This document shows, one piece after another, positions 43,476 through 54,054 of a DNA stretch of 64,000 nt. The position numbers were made by a program, and so were the translations under genes. Every line of letters starts with the position of its first letter. Position 1 is the stretch's first letter. Source of the stretch: Schizochytrium sp. TIO01 (Eukaryota; Protista; Bigyra: Labyrinthulomycetes). Below the pieces are notes generated by a model. It worked only from the letters and a program-made list of their open reading frames with translations. It had not been told where the DNA came from and did not search any database. The stretch covers positions 1,379,859 through 1,443,858 of the forward strand of contig SMSO01000006.1 in NCBI GenBank assembly GCA_004764695.1, given 5' to 3'.

Positions 43476-45027
43476 TAGCGAATCACACACATCACGTATG
43501 ATACCATCATCCAAGTCTGGTCAGATATTGAGGTCTGGCCGCTGTTCGAAGCGGAGGCCCAAGGCGACTTGCTCTGGGCCACCACTGCGCAGCCAGAGGC
43601 TGCGGTCCGCAGAGCTAACGGCGGAAAGAAGAACTTTGGTCGAAGAGGTGAAGAGGTAGGTAGGTAGGTACCTGAAGGAAGAGGAGGTCTGAGTGATTTG
43701 TACCCAAATCTGGCTCAGCGAATTCCTGACTCAAGGACTGTCTTCGCTAGCGATGCTCGAGACAACCTCGACGCCTGCCTTTGCCTCGCGTGCCTCGTGT
43801 GCCTCCATGCCGTCCACGCGGTGCCTCCAGTCGCCTCGAATCCCGCTCCGCTGCGGTCCTCCTTGAGCATGTCCACAGGTTCGCTCGTACACATACTTGC
43901 ACAAAGTTTGCACGTACGTTTGCATGCTCACATTGCGCTCGCGAGCTTTTGACGCGGCGCGATCTTCAGGTCCGCGAGGTGCAAGCTGGACCTGCGCAGT
44001 CTGCGTAAACGAACCTTCAAAGACCCGCTCCGGCACCAGGTCCGGCGTGCTTCCGAGCGACAGCAGCGAACGACAGGAAGCTTGGGAATCCATGCGGCAG
44101 GCCGAACCCATCCATGCACATGCGGCACGAGCGCCAAGAACATCGAGCGACGGCCCTGCCAGCGCAGGGGGGCGAGGGCCGACTGCTGCAGGCAGGCCAG
44201 GGGCCCGCTGCACGGCCGCGAGCTCCCGGCCTGGCTTGGGAACTGGTTGATACGAAGAGCCCTTCGCAATCCTGTCAGTAATGGCGGAAGGATTGGATCG
44301 AACGAAGGGTTCGCAGGATCCGCAGAATTGCGCCGAGAAAGGAAACGAATGACCGACTGACTTCGTTTCGACGTGGCACGAACTGAGCAAAGGATGGGCG
44401 AAGCATGCGTCGGGGTAGGTATTCTCCAGGTGCTCTCGAGACTCGTCTGTCTCCGAGTTTGCGATGCGTGAGTGAATTCATGGACGAACGAACCAACGAA
44501 TGAACGTACATTGCTCAAGGTTTACTGAGGCAGAGACCATCGATGGATCTTGAAGGTCCAAGAACCCAAGTTGGTGGTGCTAGGAGTACTTAAGCACCTT
44601 CTAGCAGTTGCCAAATTTGTGTCGCTTTTTTGTTAATTTTCATTGAAAATATCTTTTTTATTTAATGAATTAATTTATAGTTACTTTACTTTCAATTTAA
44701 AACTTTCAGAAGTATGGAAATAGAGGGATAACTTACGACTTTAGCTCTCTTTAGAGAAAAGATAGAGAGGGTTTTGTAGAGTAATGGATAGGAGGGCAGT
44801 AGGAGTGCCTAAGTGTAAACACGGTGGTGATCTTTGCTCTCTTCTTCTTCTTGTTGTGAGAGAGTGCGCTTGAGACAAGATCTAGCAGAACCTAAATTCC
44901 CAAGGTCGAGTCCAATTGGCTGCTTCGCTGGGCAAAGGCAAAGCCGCAAAAGCTCGATTGATTGACAGCAGACCAGGAACAGAAGAGCAGGCGAATTGTG
45001 AAGTTTCTACCACGAGAGGACAAGAAG

Positions 45028-46119
45028 ATGGCGAGCGAAGCTCCGAAGATGTACTACCGTATCTTGGGCAACACCGGTCTTGCGGTGTCTGTGTTGAGCT
45101 ATGGATTCTGGGCGACGTTTGGCGTCAAAGACACCCTTCGCGAGCAGCAGGGTATTGACATGGCCAAGGATTGCCTCCGATTGGCGCGGAATGCCGGCGT
45201 CAACTGCTTTGACAATGCCGAGGTTTACGGAAGCCCTTCTGGCGAAGCCGAGCGCATTATGGGCGAGGCTATGGCCCAGCTTCGCAAGGAGGACGAGCAC
45301 TTGTGGCGTCGCTCGGCTCTCGTAATCACCACCAAAATCTTCTGGTGTGCACAGGGCGAAGAGGGCACTTGGAATGAGAAGGGTCTTTCCCGCAAGCACA
45401 TCATGGAGGGCATGGACGCCTCTCTTAAGCGTCTCCAGCTTGACTATGTCGACCTCGTCTTCTGCCACCGCCCTGACCCGTACACCTCCACCGAGACTGT
45501 TGTACAGGCCATGACTGACCTTGTTCGCTCCGGAAAGGCCACTGCCTGGGGAACCAGCGAATGGAGTGCTCAGCAGATTACCGAGGCCTACTACATCGCC
45601 GAGCGTGGTGGCATGATTGCACCTGCCTTCGAGCAGCCCCAGTACAACATGATGCACCGCGAGCGTTTCGAGAAGGAGTACTTCCCGCTGTACCGTCGCC
45701 CTTACAACATTGGAACCACCATCTGGAGTCCTCTCGCCTCCGGTCTTCTCACTAACAAGTACAAGGATGGCATTCCTGAAGACTCTCGTCTTGCCCAGAA
45801 GGGATACGAATGGCTCGTCAAGAAGCTCGACACCTGGAAGGCCGATGGAAGCTTGGATAAGGTCCAGAAGCTCGCAGACTTTGCTGAGAAGGAGCTTCAG
45901 TGCTCAGTGTCCCAGCTTGCTCTTGCATGGTGCCTTAAGAACAAGAACGTCAGCACTGTGCTCCTCGGTGCCACCAAGACAGAACAACTCGAGGAGAACC
46001 TTGCTGCCATCCCTGTTCTGCTCAAGCTCACGGATGAACACATGACTAAGATTGACGAGATCCTTGGCAACAAGCCCGAGTCTTGGGAATGTCAGATGCG
46101 CCCTTTGCCGCTGATTTAA
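45028..46119 (+). CDS. Aldo-keto reductase of the voltage-gated K+ channel beta-subunit (AKR6/Kv-beta) type
   Basis: MYYRILGNTGLAVSVLSYGFWATFG, FDNAEVY, ITTKIFW, GLSRKHIMEG, VDLVFCHRPD, WGTSEWSAQQI, IWSPLASGLLT, QLALAWCLKN. ATG at 45028. Confidence 0.95.
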   Translation: MASEAPKMYYRILGNTGLAVSVLSYGFWATFGVKDTLREQQGIDMAKDCLRLARNAGVNCFDNAEVYGSPSGEAERIMGEAMAQLRKEDEHLWRRSALVITTKIFWCAQGEEGTWNEKGLSRKHIMEGMDASLKRLQLDYVDLVFCHRPDPYTSTETVVQAMTDLVRSGKATAWGTSEWSAQQITEAYYIAERGGMIAPAFEQPQYNMMHRERFEKEYFPLYRRPYNIGTTIWSPLASGLLTNKYKDGIPEDSRLAQKGYEWLVKKLDTWKADGSLDKVQKLADFAEKELQCSVSQLALAWCLKNKNVSTVLLGATKTEQLEENLAAIPVLLKLTDEHMTKIDEILGNKPESWECQMRPLPLI

Positions 46120-46519
46120 TCGAAATGGTTTTATCCTTTCGTAATGCCGAATTATGATTGTAAATGTCCACGAACTCAATTCTTTTTCTTTTTCTTTTTG
46201 AAATCCTTTTCACTTTTTCTTTATTTAATTTAAAAATTTGCAACGTAGGTAGAGCTCTTCTTGGGTGGTTTTTGATCATTTTCGCAAGCGACAATTCATG
46301 ATATGTGGTGAGAAGTAAGTTGATGATTACACATACTACGCATACTACATGCAATGGTCCTGAGCCGAACAAAGAATACAACAAGATCTGTACTCTCACA
46401 GCTTTGTGCTAAGTTTTTCCGTCCCTAACCAAAAAAAATGACTGAAAATGAGGTATTTGATTGCTGATACTCGTTAGATTGATTTTCGGTTTCGCATGAG
46501 AAAGAGAGAGGAAAACAGT

Positions 46520-48301
46520 TTACTGTTTATCCTGAGGACGAAGAAGAGTAATGTCTCCGTTGTGAGCCCTCGAGATGGGCGCCTCGCCCATCGCCGCAAG
46601 ATCGCTCGCAGAGGTGATGCGCATGATGACTTGTGGGTCAACGCCACCACGTCTAGATCCGCTACCACGGCGCAGACCAGAACGCTGAAAATTCTCCAAG
46701 GACATAGCTCGACGAGTGAGCTCCACTAGAAAGTGCGTCTGAGAATGGATTTCGATGACTGCGGAGATAAAGTTCGATGTGACACGATCACCCCATGTGT
46801 CACCAAAAGGCATGAGACCCTCGTGCCAAGCACAATGCCCACCACGGTGAGTATGAGCAACGATGATGTGTCGGTTGCTTTCCAGCTTACCCCAGTCCAC
46901 ATGTGAGGAGGAAACCACAGGATCATCATCGGCATGCAAGAGAAGCGTGGGAACCTTAATTTCCTGCATATGGTCAATACTACGGTTTGTGTAGTGCGCT
47001 GCGTTCTGAACACGCTGAGAAATGGGACCGGAGTCCCCGATGAAACCAGCCGGACCAAACCCAGTGTTGTCAGGGACTGCTTCAGGAAGCATTGTAGCAA
47101 ACTTGTTGAAAAGGGTCATGGGATTTAGCTCAAGCAAAAGTTCGTTGAAGGCGCTCTTATCTTTGATATGCTTATCATTGTGCACATGCCGGCGCACACA
47201 GGCATGTGCCTGGCCCAAAAGGAACAGAGGGTATGTTGTGTTCTCATTCTCTGTGACATCTTCAACGGCTTGCACAAAGTCGAGGCAAGGGCTCTGGCAG
47301 ATAGCGCATACGAGCGGTGTCTTTTCCGCGCCGGCCTTTTGCAAGTATCGAGTGAGATAGTATGATCCCGCGGACCAGGCAACGGCGACAATTGGCGCAC
47401 GTGGAAATTGAGATTGTAGGTGGTCCACCACGATTTTGAGATCACGAGATTCCTCAAAATTAAAACGCCAGTAACTCCACACAACAACGCGCCAGCCCTT
47501 GCGCAAGCATATTCTTGCAAATCGTTTGACATACGGGATGTCCTTGTTATCACCTAGCCCATGAATGCAGAGCACAATTGGTGTTTGCCACGTGGACCTG
47601 TCCGCAGAGTCGTCCATGCTCTCTTCATCGTCCGTGTCACCATCTTCATTGGAGGCTGCAGATCGTGGGGTTGATGGACTCTCGCCTCTGGAAGCCTCCT
47701 TAGCGCCTGGCAGTCGTGAGGGAGCGTCTCCGAAGTAGGCCCAATCGAGATACTGCTCATTGGGAGGATCGTGGCACGGGATTGTCTCTCTGCGGTACTC
47801 AATACGTTGAGCCCAAAGCCACTCAAGAGCCGAGAGCGCATAGCACGTGACAGTTTGAGCATGGCGGTTGAAGAGCCAAAACACAGGCCAAAACTCCGTA
47901 GTGGTCATCTTGCTCCTCTCTACAAGCGTAGTGTTGTAGTACGTGCGTCGAAACCAAACCTGCGGGGTTTCGATAACCCTGAAGAAGTAAATCAGCGCCC
48001 AGATTGTAGCAAAAAAGCTCGGGAAGGCCCTTTTGGCGCGAACTCCGAAGAATTTGTTCGAAAGGTACGTCACACCAAGCGCGCTCAGTAGCATGTTGCG
48101 TAGCGTGGAACTTTTGAGCGCAAACAAGAAGCTTGCAAAGTACTTCCTGCGGCTGCGGACCTCCTCATTCTTCTCCTCAACACTCACATCCCGCGGAGCA
48201 AAATGGCGCACGATTGAGAGCAGCAAGAGGCCTGGAAGACCATACTGAAGCACAAGCTTGCGGACTTTGTTCTCTTGCACAGGCGGTCGAGGTTGATACA
48301 T
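46520..48301 (-). CDS. Alpha/beta-hydrolase, ABHD1-3/YheT-like, with N-terminal membrane segments
   Basis: NRHAQT, YRRE...LDW, PIVLCIHGL (oxyanion), nucleophile elbow AWSAG, catalytic Asp in HADDDPVV and His in RGGHCAW. Confidence 0.9.
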   Translation of the reverse strand: MYQPRPPVQENKVRKLVLQYGLPGLLLLSIVRHFAPRDVSVEEKNEEVRSRRKYFASFLFALKSSTLRNMLLSALGVTYLSNKFFGVRAKRAFPSFFATIWALIYFFRVIETPQVWFRRTYYNTTLVERSKMTTTEFWPVFWLFNRHAQTVTCYALSALEWLWAQRIEYRRETIPCHDPPNEQYLDWAYFGDAPSRLPGAKEASRGESPSTPRSAASNEDGDTDDEESMDDSADRSTWQTPIVLCIHGLGDNKDIPYVKRFARICLRKGWRVVVWSYWRFNFEESRDLKIVVDHLQSQFPRAPIVAVAWSAGSYYLTRYLQKAGAEKTPLVCAICQSPCLDFVQAVEDVTENENTTYPLFLLGQAHACVRRHVHNDKHIKDKSAFNELLLELNPMTLFNKFATMLPEAVPDNTGFGPAGFIGDSGPISQRVQNAAHYTNRSIDHMQEIKVPTLLLHADDDPVVSSSHVDWGKLESNRHIIVAHTHRGGHCAWHEGLMPFGDTWGDRVTSNFISAVIEIHSQTHFLVELTRRAMSLENFQRSGLRRGSGSRRGGVDPQVIMRITSASDLAAMGEAPISRAHNGDITLLRPQDKQ

Positions 48302-49189
48302 AATACCTGTCTAGTACGCTGCCGGTGCTGCTGGTGCTGGTGCTGTTGCTCCTGCAGTTCCAATCAACGCTTTCCGCACTCTGTCCGCTCAGGAACCCGA
48401 GCAAGGTCTGGCCCAGCGTGCGACGACCTCGCACGAGCGAACCAGGATTCGGAATTCGGGGTTGGGTGACTGTTGGAGCGGCGGGTCGACTGGTTGATCG
48501 CCTGCAATGTGTATCATGGATGACAATGAACAGAACGAACTGACATGTAGAAGGAAACTATTGCTCGAGGTTTTCACTGCTTTTTTCGGGGGGTTAAATA
48601 GGCTTTAAAACTTCATTAAAAAAGTAAACTTTACTAAGAGCATAAGGATAAGGAAAAAACAACACTTTGTCCACTACAAATCCTTTCATTCTTTCTTTCT
48701 CTCTCCAATTCTTTCTTTCTTTCTTTCTTGAGCAGACCAGAATCGGCGTCACTCCAAACACCATTTGCGAGTAAGTGCGACGGCAATCGCAAGTGCGTTC
48801 TCGAGTGCAGATCATTCTCGAGTCGTGCAGACCATGACCCGGCGCCTCCTCCTCGAGTGATTCATTGTTTCCCTGGAAGGCTCGCGCATGCTTGCAGGCA
48901 TGGATGCAATGTCTCCTTTTCAACTTCAGGGCCTGTGTAGTTCCTGAGTACTACGTGCGTTGCCTCATCAAGACTGACGACTTGGGACTCTGTTAAAGCC
49001 TGAAAAGGAAACACCAAAAGTCAAGAGAAAAGACGCCAATGTGCGTAGGACGAGGACTCAGAGACTAAAGCATTGATTGATTGCCTGATTGTGCAGCGTT
49101 TCGTTGATCCACTTCATCTCTTGCTTGTTTATTATCTGTTTGTTTACTTCAGTTTATTGACTGATCTTTTGATCTATTTACTTTAAACA

Positions 49190-49247
49190 TTATTTATTTG
49201 TTTGTTTGTTTGTTTGTTTGTTTGTTTGTTTGTTTGTTTGTTTGTTT
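49190..49247. repeat. (TTTA)/(TTTG)n microsatellite
   Basis: Directly visible. Confidence 0.95.
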
Positions 49248-49769
49248 ATCCTGATCATGATATGCACAAGCCATCGTCAAAAACAACAGGAAACGAATGA
49301 CCGTGAGCGCAGATCGCTGCAAACAAACCCCGGCACGAGCGAGCGCAGGAGAACACCCTCAAGTCAAGGCGAGGCATATCAAGCAAAGAAGAAGAGCTGT
49401 CGCTGTAACTTGCGCTTAGATTTCCATGTCCTCATTTCCTTTCTTTTCCTTTCTTTTCATCCCATTTCTTTTCATTTCATTTTCATTTGTCTCTCATTGA
49501 TTAGCAACGATGATGAGAAAAGAGGTTCAGAAATGACGAGATCAAAATGAATGAAAGAATGAATGAATGAAAGAATGAAAGAAACCTCATACTGCGCTGC
49601 ACTGCACTTCGCCAACTGCCTCAGCTTTCTTTCAGACCGCGACCAAAGCTATCACAAGGACGTGAGCTGTCGCTGGAGATCGGAACGCGGACCCTATCGA
49701 GGCCCACCGAACGCAGCTTGAAGACTCGCCGCTTCTTGCTTGGACCATTCATGCCATTTATTCACCCAT

Positions 49770-49840
49770 TCATTCATTCACTCATTCATTCACTCATTCA
49801 TTCACTCATTCATTCACTCATTCACTCATTCATTCATTCA
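49770..49840. repeat. (CATT/CACT)n microsatellite
   Basis: Directly visible. Confidence 0.95.
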
Positions 49841-50663
49841 TGTGCTCTTCGACGCCTATAAAACCAAGAAAGGCGCCTCGCTAAGCGAGCAGTAGGACGT
49901 GTTACCCTTCGATGGCGCAGTGTCGTTATAGGCAGAGTGAGATTGCTTATTCCCAAACGTTTGCAAAGGAGGGAGGAAAGGGAGACCTGGAGATTACAGC
50001 CCTCCCTCCCTTTCTCTTTAAGGGAAGGGCTGCCTGCTCAGCTCAGAGCTCCAAGAAGCAGACTGAACTGACTGGGTTTCACGGCGAATGATGGAGGAAA
50101 GCGAAGCACCGGAGCAGGCGTTGATTGCGTCCAGAGCCAAGTTGAAGGCAAATTCAACAATCAATCAATCAAACAATCAATCAAACAAACCAAAATAAAA
50201 ATGAACCTGAAAGAGCCGCCGCAAAGAAAGCAAAAACTGCAGTTGAGGTGCTAGGCTGTGCTTAGGTAGGGGTAGAGGGGGACTACAGAGCAGCACTTTG
50301 CATACATGGACTATGTCCGCAAGGGCAATAAGCTCACCACGAGGTAGTGCACCGCGGTCTGAGGGGTACCCTGATCATACGACATGCTATGAAAACCTTG
50401 CGAAAGGAAGTGGCTTGGAATACCGATTTATTCTCTTTTCGATTAGACGCAAGGCTGACGATTGTACAGAAAACAGTGCAGTCTGCATTAGCTTGGGTTT
50501 GGGCGTGTGGCGTAGAGAAGATCAGAGCAAAGCAGTGCCATTGACTATGATGTGCGTGGTGACAATGACTTGGTGGAGCTGTGGTGAATTTGGAGAGGCC
50601 AAGGGATTCATGTAAATAATTAGTTGGAAGGAGAGAGATGTCATCAGAGTTGCAGAGCCCTCT

Positions 50664-52865
50664 TTAAATGCGAGGGTGGAAGGGCGTGGGTAATGGAGGC
50701 GTGTAAGGAGCAACAGAGACTGAAGACTCCAAATCTTGCTGCTTGCCGTTTACAAAAGTGTTGCTACTGGCTAGTTGTCCCTGGCCCTCGAGAGACTCAC
50801 GTCGAGAGACAGAGTTATCTCCGCAGGACAAAACTGGCCCCTCAAAGCATTGGCCGCCCATCGCGGTCCACAACAATATGTGCCGATTGTAAAACATCTG
50901 GCCTGCAGCACCCATGGCGAGCTTATTCGAACAGGGGTTTACAATAACAATATCCTTGCAACGAAAATACGCAGCATCCGGCAAGTAGTCTGCAAACTTC
51001 CATGAGTGATTAGACGTGCGACCAGTGCGCACTGACCGAATCATTGGAAATCTGTATAGACGTGCACAAGGCCGTGCTCGACATTCCATGGTCACAAGCT
51101 TCAAGTACTTAGCGGAGAGACTCAAAAGAGACTCCAAGATTTGCAAAACGAAATCCGCAGGATAATAAATCTTGAGAGCGAGCTCATTCAATTTACAGAT
51201 TGTGCCGCGGGACGCAAACCCACTATGTTTGATAAACAGCGTGAATAGCAGCATGACTGCCACCGGTGTATCGAGAATAATTATTATCAACCCACCAAAC
51301 ATGGCGAACAGCTGCTCTGCAATCACTAAAGGCAGAAGCCACAAGCGAAGGAATGTGTCTCCATACACTGTGTAACCAACAACAAATCTGCTAGTTGCAG
51401 GTTTTGTAAGACACAAGGATAGAACGCTAGACGGCGATCCTGGTGCCATAAGATCAATTTGGTCTCCCAAGAAGCGATTGTGAATACCGCGCTGCCAATG
51501 CAGTAAGGGACGAAATACAGAGCAAAACTCTTCAACGGGACTGCAATCTGAGAGAAGTTGCCGAAAATGCTGCGCTTCTTCTGCAATATAGATTTTAGGG
51601 AATGATGTTGGAGCCGAAGGAAAGTCTGAATGGTCAAATGCACCGTAGATCCCTGTATACGCTGGTTGTAGAAGGCCTACGATGAGAATAACTGAAGTAG
51701 CTACTGTAATTGCATCTGGGCCACAAACGTAGGCATAATCAGGAATGTCAAATAAATCACTCAAATAAGGCCCAAGCTCGGACAATGAAGCCAAAAGAGT
51801 TATTAAAACGCGTTTCACAGAGACACTGTTGTTGAATCGATAGTGCACTCGCAGACTGAGAGACTCGTTATTGTGAAACCGAGCAATTGCACCCATTAGA
51901 AGAGTCCACGGTGGAAGCCACTCCTCCCCAGCAATACCAGCGACTACAATACCAGCAAGAATCATGACTCCTAGGCGATCATTAAGAAACTGCTGACCAT
52001 CTGAATCATAGATTGTGCTGCAGTCTCGAGATTGAAGTGGAGACTGAAATTCCCATATCGCATAGTAGGAAGCTACTGCTAAAATAATGATGCCCACGAC
52101 TGCATCAAGGTACGAGCTTTTGTGCATACGTACAAGCCAGTCTTCCCAGCTGACATAATCTTGCTTCGGGAGGTCTGCTACAACAGCTCGAACAATACGA
52201 CGGGGCTTTTTCTTATCCCAGTTCAGGAAGAAGTAGGTTTTTTGATATCCAGAAGCGTATTCAGAGGCTTTTGATGCCTCATGTGGGCGGGGTTGCGTAC
52301 GAGGATGCACCATCACTTGATCTAGCTCCCATACAAGTACATGCCGATCTGTTGCTCCGTTAATCTCGAGTTCCATGTAGAATATTGGGTTGTCGTCTCC
52401 AACGGGATCCTTTGCAAACACATATAATGCAAAAGGTCTATCTGGCAACATATTGATTAGAGATGTACCAATCAGCTCTCTGTGGAACTGGAAGCCTTCC
52501 CAGTACTGTTCTATGGTGCTCCACGGTGAAAGCAACTCAGCAAGCTGATCGCTGGACTTTCCTTTGCCAAGGGCTTCCTCGATACCAGCATTAAGGACAC
52601 GGAGTGTATACGTGCGGTGCGAGACATAACCAAATGTTGCCTGAGGAATAAGATCTTCAAGAAAACGTTGTAGGCGCCAAGGGCGTCGTCGCTCAAGTAT
52701 ACGCCCAGGATCATCATCTGCACGTAAATTTTGTCTTACAAGTTCATCCATGTACCAGCGATTCAAGCGGCCATAGTTTCGCACGTATTTCCCTTCATGA
52801 AGAAGCTTTTCCTCCACATCTCGGGAAAGGTTTTCTACCTTGTGATACCTTGTGACTCCAGCCAT
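50664..52865 (-). CDS. Hypothetical multi-pass membrane protein (733 aa)
   Basis: A 2.2-kb ATG-initiated ORF with several hydrophobic stretches (AVVGIIILAVASYYAIW, LGVMILAGIVVAGIA, ITVATSVILIVGLL, LFAMFGGLIIIILDTPVAVMLLFTLFI). No family recognised. Confidence 0.75.
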   Translation of the reverse strand: MAGVTRYHKVENLSRDVEEKLLHEGKYVRNYGRLNRWYMDELVRQNLRADDDPGRILERRRPWRLQRFLEDLIPQATFGYVSHRTYTLRVLNAGIEEALGKGKSSDQLAELLSPWSTIEQYWEGFQFHRELIGTSLINMLPDRPFALYVFAKDPVGDDNPIFYMELEINGATDRHVLVWELDQVMVHPRTQPRPHEASKASEYASGYQKTYFFLNWDKKKPRRIVRAVVADLPKQDYVSWEDWLVRMHKSSYLDAVVGIIILAVASYYAIWEFQSPLQSRDCSTIYDSDGQQFLNDRLGVMILAGIVVAGIAGEEWLPPWTLLMGAIARFHNNESLSLRVHYRFNNSVSVKRVLITLLASLSELGPYLSDLFDIPDYAYVCGPDAITVATSVILIVGLLQPAYTGIYGAFDHSDFPSAPTSFPKIYIAEEAQHFRQLLSDCSPVEEFCSVFRPLLHWQRGIHNRFLGDQIDLMAPGSPSSVLSLCLTKPATSRFVVGYTVYGDTFLRLWLLPLVIAEQLFAMFGGLIIIILDTPVAVMLLFTLFIKHSGFASRGTICKLNELALKIYYPADFVLQILESLLSLSAKYLKLVTMECRARPCARLYRFPMIRSVRTGRTSNHSWKFADYLPDAAYFRCKDIVIVNPCSNKLAMGAAGQMFYNRHILLWTAMGGQCFEGPVLSCGDNSVSRRESLEGQGQLASSNTFVNGKQQDLESSVSVAPYTPPLPTPFHPRI

Positions 52866-54054
52866 ACTTGTGGAGTGATGTTAAAGTTTGGGGTTTGTTG
52901 TTGTGCTGTATCACAATAACTGATCAGCTACGAAAGGAATCTACTGACTAAGTAATGTACACAATATCCTTCCAGGTTAGCACCACCAGACACTCTTTGC
53001 ATCAAAAATAAAGTATACCAGCTACTAGTAGGACTCGTTGTCTTTCTAACACATGTCCGTGATTATGATATATGGTTCTAGCTACTTTTTTTTAATGCAA
53101 CGCAGAATCACCGCAGGTACCCGGTTAGCTCTAGAAGTCCTAGGCATCTTTAATTTTCATGTCAGAGTCGTCCTCTAAAGATTTGAGAGTTCTATAAACC
53201 TGATTCCCTTTTTACGCTGGATATCCCAAGATTCGATAATATGAAAGATAGGTAGGGTGTGTACTTAGGTGCGCTACGGAGTAAGGATAGGTTGCATTCA
53301 AAGCTATCCCTGAGTCGGAAGTTGATAGGTCGAGCTGATGCGAGTTACCAATCAGTTCGCCAAAAAACAGATAATAGTAAGTATTCCTTTGCTTATGCCA
53401 GCAACTTCGGTTTTGGTCTTGTATGAGGTACTTCCATTGTGGGGTTGTAGGCTTTAGGAGCTTCGTTTTCTTGAGATTGTTGTGGAAGAAGAAAGCCACA
53501 AGTGTGCCAAACTCTAAGCATAGAGATACTGTAATGAGTACATTTGCAATCACACTTGAGCATATCTGCTAAATATGCGCCGGACACTTTTGGAAAAATT
53601 ACTTTGTAGTGAGTAGTTGTAATGCCTAGGGATATAATATAATTTCAGTACATGTAATCTTGCTGAGGTTCAAACAACCAGTGGATAAACCATGCTGGTT
53701 AGTTTGCTATCAGATTGAAATTAATCAAAAGCATCATGAAGCCATTGGATAATAGCAAACATGGGAGATATAAAATATTCCCATTTACGTCATGTGTTTT
53801 GAGGAGAGAGGGGGTAAAAGGAGGAAAGAATGCCAGAGAGCCAGAAATCACAAAGAAAAGAAAACATTACGTTGACGCAATTTATGTGTAGCATGAAATG
53901 TAGGGGGGGGGGTTGGAATATTGTCGATGTGTGGCGCGAGAAATGGCTCCCAACAAGAGCACCGGGCCCGTTAAAGTAGGAAGACAGTGCCACAAAATCT
54001 CGCATTAATTTTGACGAAGACACAGAAGGTTGGAAAAGTGTACTGATGTGGAAC

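Noticed and set aside
43698-44518. Overlapping ~200-aa ORFs on both strands
   Set aside because: GC-rich upstream DNA with open frames in all directions, non-ATG starts and no protein-like signature.
49964-50015. Purine/pyrimidine inverted repeat (AAAGGAGGGAGG...CCTCCCTCCCTTT)
   Set aside because: Short, imperfect and low-complexity; no terminal repeats, target duplication or other evidence of a MITE or functional hairpin.
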